A stretch of 64,000 bases of DNA from Cyanophora paradoxa CCMP329 (lineage: Eukaryota > Plantae > Glaucophyta): assembly GCA_004431415.1 (NCBI GenBank), contig QPMI01000143.1:124001-188000 (forward strand), written 5' to 3'. Positions 32,576 through 45,979 of the stretch are shown in pieces (position 1 is the stretch's first letter; each line of letters begins with the position of its first letter). Below the pieces are notes generated by a model. The model was given only the letters and a program-made list of their open reading frames with translations, searched no databases and had not been told where the DNA came from. A program made the position numbers and the translations under genes.

Positions 32576-33480
32576 TTCTTGGAGCAGGTGCCGCCGGCCT
32601 GGCCGCGGCCGGTGCTCTCTCCCGCCTCTCCCGCCGTTGACAGTGGCGGCAGGTGGCCCGCCAGCCCGGCGTCCTCCGGCGGACCCAGCTCGCGGGGCTC
32701 CTCCACGAGAAGTTCGTCGTCCAGCGGCAGCGCCAGCGGCTGGGCGCCGGGTCGACGGCCGCGGCGAGCCCCCTCTACTTTGCGAGGGCGATGAGGTGGT
32801 TCAACGAAGAGCGGCGGCCGCCGGCCGCTGAGATGCCGGCCGCAGCCGTCTCGGCCAGCGCAAGCGCCGCCGCCGGCGTTCGCGAGCTGGCGCCTGCAGT
32901 GCCGCGAGCAGGTGGCGCAGCAGCGCTAGGTCACCCATCGCCAGAAGCGCGTACCCCCAAGCGGCAGCGGATAGATGGAGTCGGGATTGCGTTTCCGGCT
33001 AGCGCTGCTGAAACGCCAGCTGCAGCCGCAGCCGCCTCTGCCATGGCCAGCTGCAGTCCAAGCGCAAGCACAAGCGCCGCCGCCGGCGATCGCGAGCTGG
33101 CAGATCTAGAGCCGCGTGCAGATCGCGCAGCAGCGCTGGGCCACCCATTTGCAGACGGCCGCAGCCCCAAGCGGCAGCGGGTAGATGGAGTTGCGAACGC
33201 GAATTCGATCGCGATCGCGTGTCCGGCTGCAGTCTCCGCCAGCTCGGACGACGCGTACGGGAGCTCGAGCCGGCCTTCGCCGGCAGGTTTCCGACGCTTC
33301 GAATTCGCCGCTAGTGCTGCAGAAGCGGCTGCTGCAGACAGCGGCGCCGGTGCCGAGGGTGCTTTTCCCATGGCCATGCAGACTTCTCGACTCGCCGTTG
33401 AACTTGACTCATCATCAGCCGCAGCAGCCGAATTAGAATTTTTGTGCGCAGATCTAGATCCAGATTTTTTCAATGACTAG
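32576..33480 (+). pseudogene. Probable 3' part of the interrupted RecD2-like helicase gene
   Basis: FLEQ, a short GT..AG intron, then VARQPGVLRRTQLAGLLHE resembling the RecD2 terminal R.T.L..L helix, followed by an Ala/Ser-rich tail with two PKRQR motifs. Confidence 0.5.
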
Positions 33481-33885
33481 TAGCTTCTTCATCTTTAGTT
33501 GGACAGACCCTTTTTTAACCGGCCCTGCTGTCTGACCCAGAACCCGACGTATAAAATTTGTAAATGCAGTTGCCGACCCTGACCTAGGCCTGCAGGCTGC
33601 AGCTAGTGCTGGCAATTGCAGTTTGCGACCCTAGGCCTAGGCCTGACCCTGGCCATGGCAAACTGATCTGAGGGAAATTTATAATTATCAGCGGACTCCC
33701 GATCGAGGCAGACCCTTCCGCAGATGGAGGGAAATTTATGTATATTTTGATATAAGACGGCCTTGACACCGGTACCCCTAGGCCTAGGGCTCGGGGCGCG
33801 AAGAGCAAATATCTAGCTATATATAGCTCATCGGATAATTATTAGCACAAATTATATAAGAACAAAAAACGAGTACGTAAAGAAC

Positions 33886-33972
33886 TGTATCTTTGATTTG
33901 TGATTGCTTTGTTGTCTTTAATATCACTACCTACGGGGGGTTCGCCCCACCGTAGTCTCTCAAAAAAAAAAA
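33886..33972 (+). mobile_element. Short poly(A)-tailed retroposon remnant with 3' hairpin
   Basis: AAAGAAC duplicated at 33879-33885 and 33973-33979; hairpin CTACGGGGGG-TTCG-CCCCACCGTAG before the A-run; empty site visible in the homologous sequence at ~55415-55450. Confidence 0.65.
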
Positions 33973-34080
33973 AAAGAACACAGAAAATATTAATGCCGCT
34001 TCTGCGGCAGGCGCCGGCAGCCCCCCGTGCACGTGATAGACCGTGTACGTGTACGACGTATACGTATACGTAGACGCGTA

Positions 34081-34350
34081 CACAGCTCGTTTGTTTTCTA
34101 ATCGACTCAACAATGAGTCAACATGCCCGTTGTATGGGCAAGGGTAGCCGGCGATCGCGATAACTTTTCATCCGTCGCAGAACGGCTGCAGCGCTAGCTG
34201 GTCGACGTCTCCGTCGACTCGGCTTGTAGCCGGCAAGCTAGCGGGTAGATTGCACTAGCTAAAGCCGGGGAATTCCAAACACCCGCGGGGAATTTTAAGG
34301 AAAACCGGATACTCGCCGTGTTGGGTCGACCGGTCAAAAAAACGAGCTGT
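34081..34350. mobile_element. MITE with CACAGCTCGTTT termini, copy 1
   Basis: ACAGCTCGTTT...AAACGAGCTGT; inverted homolog at 42367-42609 and a decayed copy at ~36600-36885. Confidence 0.7.
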
Positions 34351-34371
34351 CAGCCTGTCACACAGTTTGGC

Positions 34372-36549
34372 CTGGACTACGCTCCACTGCATCGAGCTTG
34401 CACCGCAGCACCGCCTACCGAGCACGCACCGCAGCACCGCGCTTGCACCGCAGCACCGGAAGCGCCGCTGCCCGCAGCCGAGCACGCTGCCCGGCACTCG
34501 TGCTGCGCGCGCGCGGAGCGCGGCCAACATTGAGCTTGCACCGCAAAACCGCTTAAGCTTGCGCCGCTGCCTGCGCCGCTGATCGCAGCCGAGCACGCCC
34601 GGCCGTCCAGACCGTAGTCTCTTGCTGCGCTCAGCAAGCCGCCGACATCAAGCTTATACCGCAGAATCGCGCGCGCCGCTGCCCGCGGCCGCAGCCGAGC
34701 ACGCCGGCCGGGCCGGGCGCTCTTGTTGCGCTCGGCACCCGGCCAGCAGACTAGTTCGCGTGCTGCGCACGACGTGCCGCTTGTCCGCTCATTCGGCGCC
34801 CCGCGTGCGCCCCGCGTTGCGCCGCGTTAACGTTGCGCCGCGTGCCTGCGCCCCCGCCGCCTGCCACGTGCACCCGGACTGGGCACGGCCCCCGGCCCGG
34901 GCGCGCCGCTGCACGCCGCTTGCCGCTCGTTACGGATCAGGCTTCTGTTAGCATCGTCGCTCCGAGCCTTGCCGGGCCGGCGGCCGCTACGGCCGCTTGC
35001 TGCACTGCAGCCTAAGCTTTAGCAGTGTTTTGCAACAGCCGCCAGTTACCTTATTCAGCATGCGCAGCAGCTCAGCGGAAGCCCTTCCCTTGGCGGGTTT
35101 CAGATGAGATGGGGCGGACAGCTGCATTGGACCTTGTCCCCGGGCGAGATTTCCTGCCGTCGGACGCCCGATGCACGCTCTCATCGTCCGACGGTCCGTG
35201 ACGTCGTGCACGGGCGGCATTTGCTTATAATTACATTGTCCGGACGGAGCCCGGGCACACTTCTGCTGGCGCCAGCACTTGTTTCGTCATGTCCGGCAGC
35301 ATGGTCGCAGCGGTCGAGTTCGTGCAGTTTCGATCGAGCCGTGCGCTGGCAAAAACGCAGCGGCTAACGCACGTATTCCGAAGTTCACCGCCACGCAGGG
35401 CACTCCCAACCCGGCAGCGCGTGCCCAGCCTTCAGTTGGCGATCCGCGAAGCGCGCGCTTGTGTGTCCAAGTGAGCTGGTTTCGCGGCTTCTGCACTAAC
35501 TTGCAATTATCAAGCGTTATTCAGAGCTTCCCACAGAATCCGGACCGGCTGTCATCTGGCGGCACGCCGGCCCCGCGCTTCTGCGTAAATGTAAATCATC
35601 GTTGTCGTTCCTTCGCATCGTTTGTTTCCCTGATACCAATCGTTCCAATGCCAGGACTCTCTTGAGCCTGTATTCCAAGTCCCGGCTGGCGTTGCTGCAT
35701 TGCCGCGCTGTTTCGCGCCAGTTCGTCTTCGCATGCTGTTTCAATCATTAATAAAATTTATTGAATTGTCATCTCTTTCTGAAATTATACTGCATGCACA
35801 GGGCGCCGCAGCTGAAGACCAGAGAAGTCCTCTCACAGGCTTATCGTCGCCTCTTGCCCTGGCCAGTGGTGGTACCCTCTCGTCGATTGACATGCATCTC
35901 CCGACCGCATTGATGTGCACGCTCAGCCTTGAGCATTTCAACTGCCGCACGCCGCGCTCAGCCTGGAGCGTTTCAACTGCCTGAGCGGAACATTGGAGCA
36001 GGGCCGGCCCGCGAAATCGGCAATCAGGTTTGCGATATCGATAGAATCAGCCCGAATAATGTGAATGACTTGTTGCTCCAGGCTTTGCCGCCATCGCCGT
36101 CTGCAGTGCGTAATGAATCTCAAGAGACTTCTTCAAATCGCTAAAATGCTGCGCAGGAACCCTCCTCAAAGCGCGTGCGCTGCAATGGCGGGTCAGCTGA
36201 TCGTGTATCGTCTTCGAACGAAAACGATCTCAATCACGCTGACGTCGACTCAAGCCCCGACTCCCGCATTCCGAATTTTTTTCAAGCCCCGACTCCCCAT
36301 TTAGTCTTTTTTTATTCGATTTGATCGCAGCGTGTGCTTATCGGGCCTAGCCTTTTCTATTTTTTTAATCATAATCTGTGTTTATCTTTAACCTTCGACC
36401 TGCCGCGCGCACTGGGCCGGGGTCGTTCTGCCGCGCGCATGTGCGTGCCACTAGCTATAGGACTCTTTCCGAAGTTCATTATATTTAATTAGATCCCGGT
36501 TCCCCCCTTGCACCCCCGGCGCGCGCGAAAATCGCGGCCGGGGCACTAG
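34372..36549 (+). mobile_element. Putative non-autonomous Helitron-like relic
   Basis: Ends in a GC hairpin followed by CACTAG|T at 36549; both this end and 34372-34720 match 50790-51172 in reverse. 5' end undefined. Confidence 0.45.
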
Positions 36550-37559
36550 TATATGTGACTTAAGTGATGTGTTCGCGGCAAGTTCACGGCAAAGTGATGA
36601 CACGACTCGACACTGAGTCGACATGCCCGTTCTATGAAGTTAGTATGAACTTCGAATTCTAGATCTATAGCTATCAACTTCTATGGGCAAGGGTAGCCGG
36701 CGATCGCGATACTACTACTTATGATAATTTATAACTTTTCACCCGCTACGAGCCGGCTAAGCTAGCGGGTAGAACTTTCGGAATAGAGCTAGCCCGGTCC
36801 CGGCCAACCCAATAGCCGAAGAGCGATTTCAGTTTAGCCGGATTTCAGCCGTGATGGGTCGACCGGTAAAAACAACCGAGCTGTGCGTGACAGCGTGAGT
36901 GACTTAAGCTTCAATTGCCGGCGCCGGGCGCCGGCCGCGGCCGCGCGCGGCGGCGCGGCCGGCCGGCCGCGCGGCCGCGGCCGGATTCAGCAGCCGGAAC
37001 TTACCTGCGCGGAACTTCGCGATCGGTAACTTACCTACTACTAGGCTACTAGGCTACCGTATAACACTTATATATGACGCGCACTTTATTATGTCATCCC
37101 CAAATTATGTCGCCGAAAGTTTGCTATAACGTTAATTAACGACATAATTTCAAGAGTTTGGGAGCGTCATATTTCCTGGGCGCCAATGCCGCGCCACTGC
37201 CAATGCCAATGCCTGGGCCCTGGGCGCGGGCGGCGGCCGCGAGCCCGGATCATCCGATGATCGGATTCCGGAAGCGCTAAGAACTCCAATTCGGCGTATT
37301 TGTGGAGCCTCTGATTCAATCAGTGACTCTGCGGCTGTTATATATCCGCTTCGGTATATATATACGTACGTATAACTGCTGTCTTTCCCCTGGAAGACGT
37401 TTCTCTAGACATCTAATCTCCTCTCTCCTCTCGCTGTAGACTCCCGAAGTCCCCTTCATGCTGCACGATCTAGAATCCCCTTCCGAATTCCACCGCGAAA
37501 GTTGTGCGCATATATATGCATGCGCAGGTCGACGCGTTTGGCGCGCCGCCATTGCAGCT

Positions 37560-39193
37560 CAAGCTTAGGGCTGCAGCGCAGCTGGAGGAGATTTCGACTT
37601 TAGGATCGTACGTATCTCCCTCCATTCCTGGTTCCGGGTCGGCTTCCGGCGTTCTGATTGCGATTGTTGCAATTGATCATGACGTCAGATCGATTTCAGA
37701 ACGCCGCGCCGGATACGACCCCGCGCGCGTGATTGAGGTCGGGGATGAGCGGGCGCGCCAGATCCATCGCGGGGCCGGCGTACGCGTCGGCCTCGCTCCT
37801 CTTCGGCGCTCCCGTGTCGCTGGAGGTCGCGGTCGCCCACATCCGCGCGGCGGCGCGAGCGGCCGCTGCCGCCGCTGTCGCGGACGGAGACGCTTCGACG
37901 TCAGAGATGGACAACGTTAACGGGCGAATCACGTCCTCCGCACAGGCGCGCGACATGGCCGGAGCCCGCAACGCGAGCCGCAAATCCTCCGAGGATTCCA
38001 TCGACGCATCGGACGCGGGAGAAGGTGCACGTGCGCGCCCTCTCGCTTTAAATTTAGATCTCGCTCGTTGTTGAGCTCGGCCGGCGTCGGTGCCGAGGGC
38101 GCGCGTGCCGTTCGCCGGATCCGGATGTCTTTCAATGTAGAGACCTATAGCTATAGGCCTGCAGCTGCGTCTTCCGCTTTGACGTGACGGTCGACGGTCC
38201 CGCGCGCAGGCGCGGGGGGCTGGCTCGCCCTCAACATCGACGAGGCGGAGACCGTCCTCGCCGCTGCCGCCGCCGCCGCGGCCGTCCCCGCCTTCCTCGG
38301 GCCCCTCACCCTCTGGGAGGTGCGCCCGCGTACGCGTGGCCATGGATAGAATTAATGGCATTTTTCCGTCTCTGCAGTTTTCAATTTCAGCTTAATATTT
38401 GGATCTAGCAGCTTGCTGATTTCGAATTCTAGATCTAGATCTGTTTCTTTTCTTTTTGGATGCAGCTGCAGTCGACGTCCCGCGGATTATATTTATACGT
38501 CTGCAAGCTGTTGCTGCCTTGTTTCCTGGACCGTATTGCCTTGCTGTGCCGACGTCGACTCTTTCTCCGCTTCTTTCTCTATTCTTTTACGATGTGCTCG
38601 ATGCGATCTCTTCTCTTCTCCCTTCATCGCTATCCGCTGTTCTCCGCTTTTCTTCAGCTGCTTCCCCCGACTTTGGGTCCGTCAGCCCATTCCTCGTCCG
38701 ACAATATCCGCTTCATTCTACTCGCGGGTCTGCACTTTCCCGCGATTCTTAACATGCAGTCCACGTTTCCCGATCTGACAGCTCTAGATATCTCAGTCTG
38801 GCACGTCGACGTCGAAGATTTTACTCTTTTCTATTCTTTTCTCCTTTCCCCGTCGGATGGCCGTGGTGCATGCTCAAGCTCAGTCTGGCCGTCGACGTCA
38901 AAGGTTGCGCAGCTTCCCCGCCCGCGGCCCGCCCCGGCCGCGGGCCGCGCCAGGCTCTATTTAGCTGCGTGCAGCGTTCTCTCGGTTTCTTTTTCCTTTT
39001 TCTGAGGCCACCATGGGCCAATCCATTCCATCGTACCTCGCGATCGGTACTGGTGCTTCTCGGTCCTCCTGAGAACAACGTTTCGTGTGATACATCGAGA
39101 TCTGTGGCTAGATGGGCCTGAGCTTCGGTTTTGATCATCGGATGCTCCAAACGCTGTTGAGTTGCGCGCGCGCAGGAATGCGAGGGAGGCGGC

Positions 39194-39224
<31 letters not shown>

Positions 39225-40710
39225 GCAGCGCGGGCGGCGCGCCGCCCGATCGCGAGCCGGCGCCCGCGCGGACGGGCGCCGATTCTGAGCGGGATCCGGT
39301 ACCGTCGGCACAGCAGCCGCCGCCGCCAGCTGCGGGTCCGGGTCCGGACGCTCGCGCCGGCATCGAAGGTGCGCTCGGATGCCCGCCCCGCCCTCGGCTC
39401 GCGCTGGCGCTCGGCGCGGCCGACGTGCCCGCGGTGGCGAGCGCAGCTGCAGGCCTAGGGGCAGCGGGCGCTGCGGCGCCGCGCCTTCGCGAAGGCGAGC
39501 GGGGCAGCTCCCCCGCCCTGCAGCTGGTGAGTGCGACGGCGATCGCGACGGCATCCTACTAAGAGGGGCCCCGTCTTAAACGATCGCGAGGAGCGCCGTT
39601 TAAAAAGAGGGGCGCGCCCCTGCTGCGACGCCGGCGCCTCGAACTCGATTGCGGGTCGCTTCGACGTCGCGATCGGTCCCCCGCGCTGGCGCACCCGGCC
39701 CTGCGCGCGTCCATTTTATTCGGCCTAAGCCTCGTCGCCCTCCGATCGCGAGCTCCGGCGCCGCCGCCGGCGCCAGAGCGGCGCAATCGAGCGCCTCTCA
39801 CGCCGTCGACGTCCATTTTACTACTTAAGCCTTAGCATCGTCGCCCGCCGAGCTCTGGTGCCGCCTCTCACGCCGACGCGGCCCCGGGCCCCGCGCTGCG
39901 CAGGCCTTCCTGGCGTTCAGGCAGCACGCCTTCTTCCTCCTGGAGCCGGGGCCCGACCCCGCCCCCGCCCCCGGCCCCCGCCGCATCGCCCACTGCCACG
40001 TCCCCGGCTCCCTCCTCCGGGTCCTTCCCCTTCTTTCGCATCCTTCGGGGTCGCCTCGGCGCCTGACGCGCGGCGGGGCCCGGGCAGATCGACGAGGCGG
40101 CGGCGCGGGCCGCGCTCGCCGGCGTCTGCCGCGCCCTCGGCATCCCCCTCGACCCGCCCTCCATCGGCTGGCACCTCCTCCTCCGCCCCTAGCCCGCCGG
40201 CCGCGCCGCGCACCCTCGTCCGGCCTTCCCCGCGGGCCGGCCGCTTCCCTCCGGATCCGTTCCCACTCGTACTGCGGCCTCCACGCCGGATCGAGCCTGG
40301 CCCGGCGCCGCCGCAGCCGCGACATAGTGCGAGCTCCGGTCCGCTGAGCTCGAGCTTCTGAAACCTTCCTTCATTGGATTTAGATGTATACGTAGAGTTT
40401 CCAGTTACCTGTTATATATAATTATTACATTTCCATCAAACTAGACCCTTTACATTTTATGAAACAGATTGGAAGACTACTTCAGCTTAGCTTTCGTTTC
40501 TTTTTGAAAGTCATTCAATTTTGCAACCACTCGTAATCAGGCCTAGCTAGATGTGGAATATTTTGATTTCCGATTTCTTTCGGACCCGGATTTCAGAGAC
40601 TCTTTTGCACTTTGAGTGCATTTAGCCTTATAATTAGTAGTATGTGTCTCGTAGCGATGTATATATTGTTGTGAGGGTAGAGCTTTCAATCAAGGTGGAT
40701 CAGAAGCTCT
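37560..40710 (-). repeat. Multi-kb dispersed repeat, copy 1 (inverted, partial)
   Basis: Reverse-complement homology to 52010-55300 and 59715-62600 (e.g. ATGTCGCGGCTGCGGCGGCG; same degenerate translations). Confidence 0.85.
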
Positions 40711-41500
40711 TGAAATCTCTGTTTTGGACGCTTTCAATCAATAAACTTGAAATTTCTGTTTGGACGCTTGCTTGAACCTGAAAATACCGAGTTCGCTGTG
40801 CAAGTAAACTTTGTGTGGTGAAATTAAATTTTGAAAGCTTTCAGAAAACTTTTACGAAAGCTTCCAGCTGCAGGGTGCCCGGGAATAATAAACTTTCACA
40901 AACACTGGCCAGGGCACGTAAGTCGCGATCGTAAGTCGCGACTTACACTTACGGGCTTCCTTAGTACTTATGTATACGGACTTACGCTACCATTTTTCTG
41001 CCAACTTGGCAACTTGGCAAATATTAACTAGTAAATTCCTGGACGAACGTATACGTATACGTAGTACGTACGCGCCGGCGTTGACTTCAGCTTGCCAGCG
41101 CTACCGGTAGCGCTGTACCCCCCACAAACCCCCTGATGGGGTGCTTGTACCTCAATTCCAGGCGCACTGACTGCTAAACAAGCGAGAAACACGCTTTTAC
41201 AGTGTTTCTAGATCGTTTTGGGTCCGAATTAGGTCGACGTCGTTTTGGGTCCGAATTAGGTCGTTATCCTGGGGGGCGACTTACGACTTACGGCCGTAAG
41301 TCGGTTTTCGGGCCCGGGGGGCCGTACTACGGTAAGTGTAAGTAGAGTGTAAGTTAAGTCACTTACGTAAGTCGTTCGTAAGTGTAAGCGGCAACCCTAA
41401 CTGCAGTCTGCAGCTGCAGCTGCATGATGCCTGCATCGATATCATCCTCGGACTCCTGGCTCGGAGTCCTGCATCGTCCGGCGGTCCGACGGTCAGCCTA

Positions 41501-41749
41501 CTGTAAACGTACGAATGTCCGCCAGCACTTTAATTCGCCAAAACCCAGAAATCCTGGCGAAAATTAATCCGCCAGCGTCTTGATTTCGCCACCCCACGTG
41601 CACGACTTCGCCATACTATGATAGACGAGTCGGCCGCTCGTACCCCCTCTCTCCACACAAAAGCTCAATTCGCCAGCGTCAAATATTCGCCAGCGCAAGG
41701 GTCTGGCGAATATAGAATTGAACGCTGGCGGATATTCGTACGTTTACAG
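41501..41749. mobile_element. Tc1/mariner-type MITE
   Basis: TIR CTGTAAACGTACGAATRTCCGCCAGC flanked by TA on both sides. Confidence 0.8.
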
Positions 41750-41829
41750 TACGTCAGGCTGCATCATTCTGCATCATGGCTGCATGTGACTGGTCACTGG
41801 TGTGGCCGCCGCTGGCCGGTATTATGCAC

Positions 41830-42359
41830 TAGGGATGCCGCGCTTGAGTTCAAGTGCACTTGAACTCAAGCGTTCAACTTGAGTTCAAGTTTTAGTTCAA
41901 GCCGCCTGCTTGAACTCAAGCTTGAACGGGGACACCCTGGGTTCGAATCCCGGGGGCAGAACCCCCAATTGCGGGGGCAAAACCCCCTCAAACCGATGTC
42001 AGATGTGCAGAAAACATACTATAATCGGATATAAAGCTTCTCTGCATCCAAACTGATTGCAAAACTGCTCGTTTCGAGGCTGGATCTACCTCAGGAAGGC
42101 TTCCGGATCCCGGAAGCATACCCCCCCTCAGGATGTCAACTGCATTCCAGTGACTGAAAATCGGATGTCTAGCGATGGAAATCGGTAAGAAAGGCATTTT
42201 GGCACATCTTCAGCGCGTTTGAGATCGAATTGGTGTCTGTTTCCTCATCTTTAGGGAGCGCTCTCATGGACTTGAACTCAAGCGCTTGAACGCTTGAGTT
42301 CAAGCGCCGTTCAAGTTCAAGCCGGGGTGGCTTGAACTCAAGCTTGAACGGCAACCCTA
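41830..42359. mobile_element. hAT-type MITE
   Basis: TAGGGATGCC...GGCAACCCTA termini; 8-bp TSD TTATGCAC; subterminal CTTGAGTTCAAG/CTTGAACTCAAG repeats. Confidence 0.85.
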
Positions 42360-42366
42360 TTATGCA

Positions 42367-42609
42367 CACAGCTCGTTTTTTTTACCGGTCGACCCGACAC
42401 GGCCGAAATCCGGTTTTTGACCAATTTCCCCTCGGGTGTTCGGAATTCCCCGCGGCGCAAGCTAGTGCAATCTACCCGGTAGCTTGCCGGCTACAAGATG
42501 CTGTGCAGCGACTAGCCGTTCTGTGCCGGGTGAAAAGTTATCGCGATCGCCGGCTACCCTTGCCCATATCCGGGCCGTGTTGGATCGATTAGGAAAAAAA
42601 CGAGCTGTG
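42367..42609. mobile_element. MITE with CACAGCTCGTTT termini, copy 2
   Basis: CACAGCTCGTTTTTTT...AAAAAAACGAGCTGTG; homolog of 34081-34350. Confidence 0.75.
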
Positions 42610-43496
42610 ATGTGACCGGTGATTCATCAAACAAAAATGCAATTGGGAAATAATAAAAAATCAAAAAGTACTAGTACTGCCAGGCTGTGCATGCACGTCT
42701 AGCTAGCTATAGAATCTCTAGATCCGGTGACTCACTGAGAGTCACTGCCGAGTCACTGGTGAATAAGCGGGTGAGTCAGTGATAAGTTGTTTTAGGAGGT
42801 TTTATACGTCCCAGACTCCCAGTAGACCTTAGCAACCTTCCCGTAGCGTACCAGCAGCAGGCAAGCAGGCTGTCACGTACGCGTTGCGAGAGAGAGCTGC
42901 TAATCACAGACTACTGTGTACCCTAGGACACGGCTACCGGAAAGAATCAAGGTAGAGTCAGAAAAAGTAGCTAGGGTCGCATCTCCGTACAGGGGTACAG
43001 TGACTCAGGAAATCGCGAGAAGCCGCGGGTCAAGTCACGGTACTACTGCGAACGAAGTGCGAACGAAGCGCTAATTATATAACGGCTAGAAAACCCTATC
43101 GGCAACAGAGTCACTGGTGACTCACTGCCGACTCAGTGCCGAGTCACTGGTGAGTCACTCGTGACACTCTAGCTAATTATTATAACTTGAATATTTATAT
43201 ATATATATATAGTCACTGAGTCTCTCGCCAGACTCCTGAGACTCGCCGGCGCCGAGTCGAGCTCACGTACAGTCACTACAGTAGTACAGTGTGATGAATC
43301 ACTGATGATTACTGTGATCCTGGTAAATCCGGAAATGTCCAATTTCCGAACTTCGGAAGTTCATGATCATGAACGCTCATGATCGATATCATCGACATCA
43401 TGATTGGACTCGGTCACAGCCTCACAGGCTCACCGTGACAGGCACTGACAGCCGACTCACAGCCTCTAGAGTCACAGGCTGTCCGACGGTCACAGC

Positions 43497-44001
43497 CAGA
43501 GATGGTATTCCGAATTAACCCAAAAATGGACCATTTCGGAAACGTTTCCGAAATATTTCGGAAATATTTCCGAAATATTTCCGAAATCAGGGGCCCCTCC
43601 CGAGGGCCCTTCTGCTGATGCCTGACGCTCCCTTTAACCTTCTTATGCTTTCCTTATTGGTAACAGTCCAGTTTCGTGTCTTCCGGATCATCAGAACATG
43701 CGACAGTACAAAAGGGAAATTCACACCTCGTACCCCCTGCCAGCCTTGTTGGCGGCTGAGTTCCGGTTCTAGACGTCTACGATAGACTCCTATCGTGTTA
43801 TATAACCTTTCTATCACGTTTCCTATCATTTTAATGCGTTGTTTCGCCGTGTTTCGTGCAGAATGTGGCAAAAGGAGGGTACCCCCCTTTTTTAGAAACA
43901 ATTCCTAATTAGGGGGGTCTCTCGGGACCTTTTCGGAAACAATTTCGAAATTGATTTCGAAATTGTTTATAGAAATGTTTCTAGAAAAAATGCCATCACT
44001 G
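43497..44001. mobile_element. hAT-type MITE
   Basis: CAGAGATGGTA...TGCCATCACTG termini; 8-bp TSD GTCACAGC; subterminal TTTCSGAAA repeats at both ends. Confidence 0.82.
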
Positions 44002-44520
44002 GTCACAGCTGCAGCCTGCAGCTTGCTGAGCCTTGCGCGCATGCTCTCGTTTTTTACGTTAACCTGATCATGAACCGTTTGAACATGCCGGATGCCACTG
44101 TATAGCTTCCACTGGCCCACTACCCGGTACCGCAAAGTTTTTAAAACACTTAAGTAATGCGCCAGTTTTTGGACCCGGACGGGGGCCGGATCCCGGACGT
44201 CGACGGGGCGCCGGCCCGGACCCCTTGTATAGTAAGGCTAATAATGCGCCCCCGAATTAATGCCATCAGTTGCCGGAATTGGCAAAAATATCGTCACTAC
44301 TAGGCTAACTACGTACTGTAGAACTAGAAATATTTAGTGGGCTGCATATTTATAGTACTAAACTTTGAAACATTTTTCGGCGATCTACTAAATATTACCC
44401 GCCTGCTAAAGCCGAGAATTTGTAGGGGTAGTCCAGTCTCCGCCATACAAAAGATTTGCGAAAATCGACCTACTAAAGATTTACCAGCTGCTAAATAAAG
44501 TGGCATTTTTGGCGAAGTAC

Positions 44521-45979
44521 CCTGGGCAGTGGGCAGCCCCCGCCTGGTGTCTAGAGACTGTGGCCGGTAATTCACCAAAAACAAATAAATTATTTTCCTG
44601 TACTAAATTAACTAGTTCTACAGTAGTTGTTAAACGTGTATAGAGTGCACTGCCGCAGTGCATGCGGCAGCAGTAGCGTTCGAATTCTGTGCAAAGATTC
44701 GCATTCTTTTTGGCGGTTCCGATTCTTTTCCCATACTTTGATACATTCTAAATTTTTTCCAAAAATTTTACATACAAGGCAAAAAAATTTGCAAACTTGA
44801 AAACTTTTTGGACCCTCGGGGGCAGTGATTGCCATTTAATATTACCGTAGTACCGCCCCACGAGTACATCATGCAGCAGGCACGTTCGCTACGCCGTGAC
44901 GCGCTCACACACATATATATTAAGCTGTATCTGACTGCGATGCAGGTCATGGATTTCCACGGGCAGCTTTGTTTGATTCACGAAATTCACTTAAGGTCGT
45001 CTCTAGATCTCGGATTCCTTCGAATTCACTCTGTGCGCCGCAACCGCCTCGCCCCACTGGGGCAGAGACTCTCAAGAAGCTGGCCTACGTTTACATCAAC
45101 AAGCGTGCATGCGCACTGCGTCGGGTGAGTGTCACAGTGTGTCGATATCGATTATACGAGTGTATATATGTGTATTTACGTCGCACGTGCACGTCGCAGT
45201 ACAAATTTTAAACGCAAGCTCGCGACGCGTACGAAGACTGCAACAAACTTGAAAGCGCAAGGCGGGCGCTGCAGACAAGAACCCGGCGCCGGCGCCTCCC
45301 CCAGCACTCGAAGACACGGCCCGCTCCGGATCCATCGATGAGATGCTGCGGGGGCCCACCATTCGCCTCCAGGCCGTCTACGGCCAGGTGTCGGCCGCCC
45401 CGACGTCGACCTCCAGCTCTCGCGCCATCGTCGTCGTCTCCTCGGCGCCCAGCGCTGCTGCGGCCCCCGCGGCCGCGGCGCCCACCGCTGCGCATGCAGC
45501 GCAGGCCATGGCGCCGCCGGCGCCGCGCAAGTCGATGCTGGACTTCATTCTGAACGACTCCGATGACGAGGCGGGCGACCCCATGGAGAGCGTCCAGCGC
45601 CTCCTCCACCCCGTCAGCCTCAATTCCCGCTATGCCCTCCCAGATGACGTTGAGATAGGCGACGATTTCATTCCCGATCGCGAGGGCACCTCCACCCTCA
45701 TCTCTGGTCTTGAAGAGGCTCCGCCTGAGGAGCAGGCTCCGCCAGCAGCTAGCTCTGTACCTTAACTTGTGTGTTATGCTTGATCAAAGAGCGTTCTGAC
45801 TTGTTTCTCATCGAAAACACGCGGCGCGGAGCTACATGAGCGGGTTTTGTATGGGGAGTATTATAACAATACACTGTAATATTATTAATATTATAATAAT
45901 GACCTTAACTATTAATGTTTTTTTTTGGTGAATTACCGGCCACAGTCTCTAGACACCAGCACTGCGGGGGCTGCCCAGG
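44521..45979 (+). mobile_element. Deleted DNA transposon with hAT transposase C-terminal relic
   Basis: Perfect 37-bp inverted repeat at 44544-44580 and 45923-45959; RIHSVRRNRL..ETLKKLAYVYINKR at 45021-45110 resembles the end of the hAT dimerisation domain. Confidence 0.6.

Noticed and set aside
41930-41960. tRNA gene from the B-box GGTTCGAATCCC (similar motif at ~46746)
   Set aside because: No cloverleaf or upstream A-box; the first lies inside a MITE.
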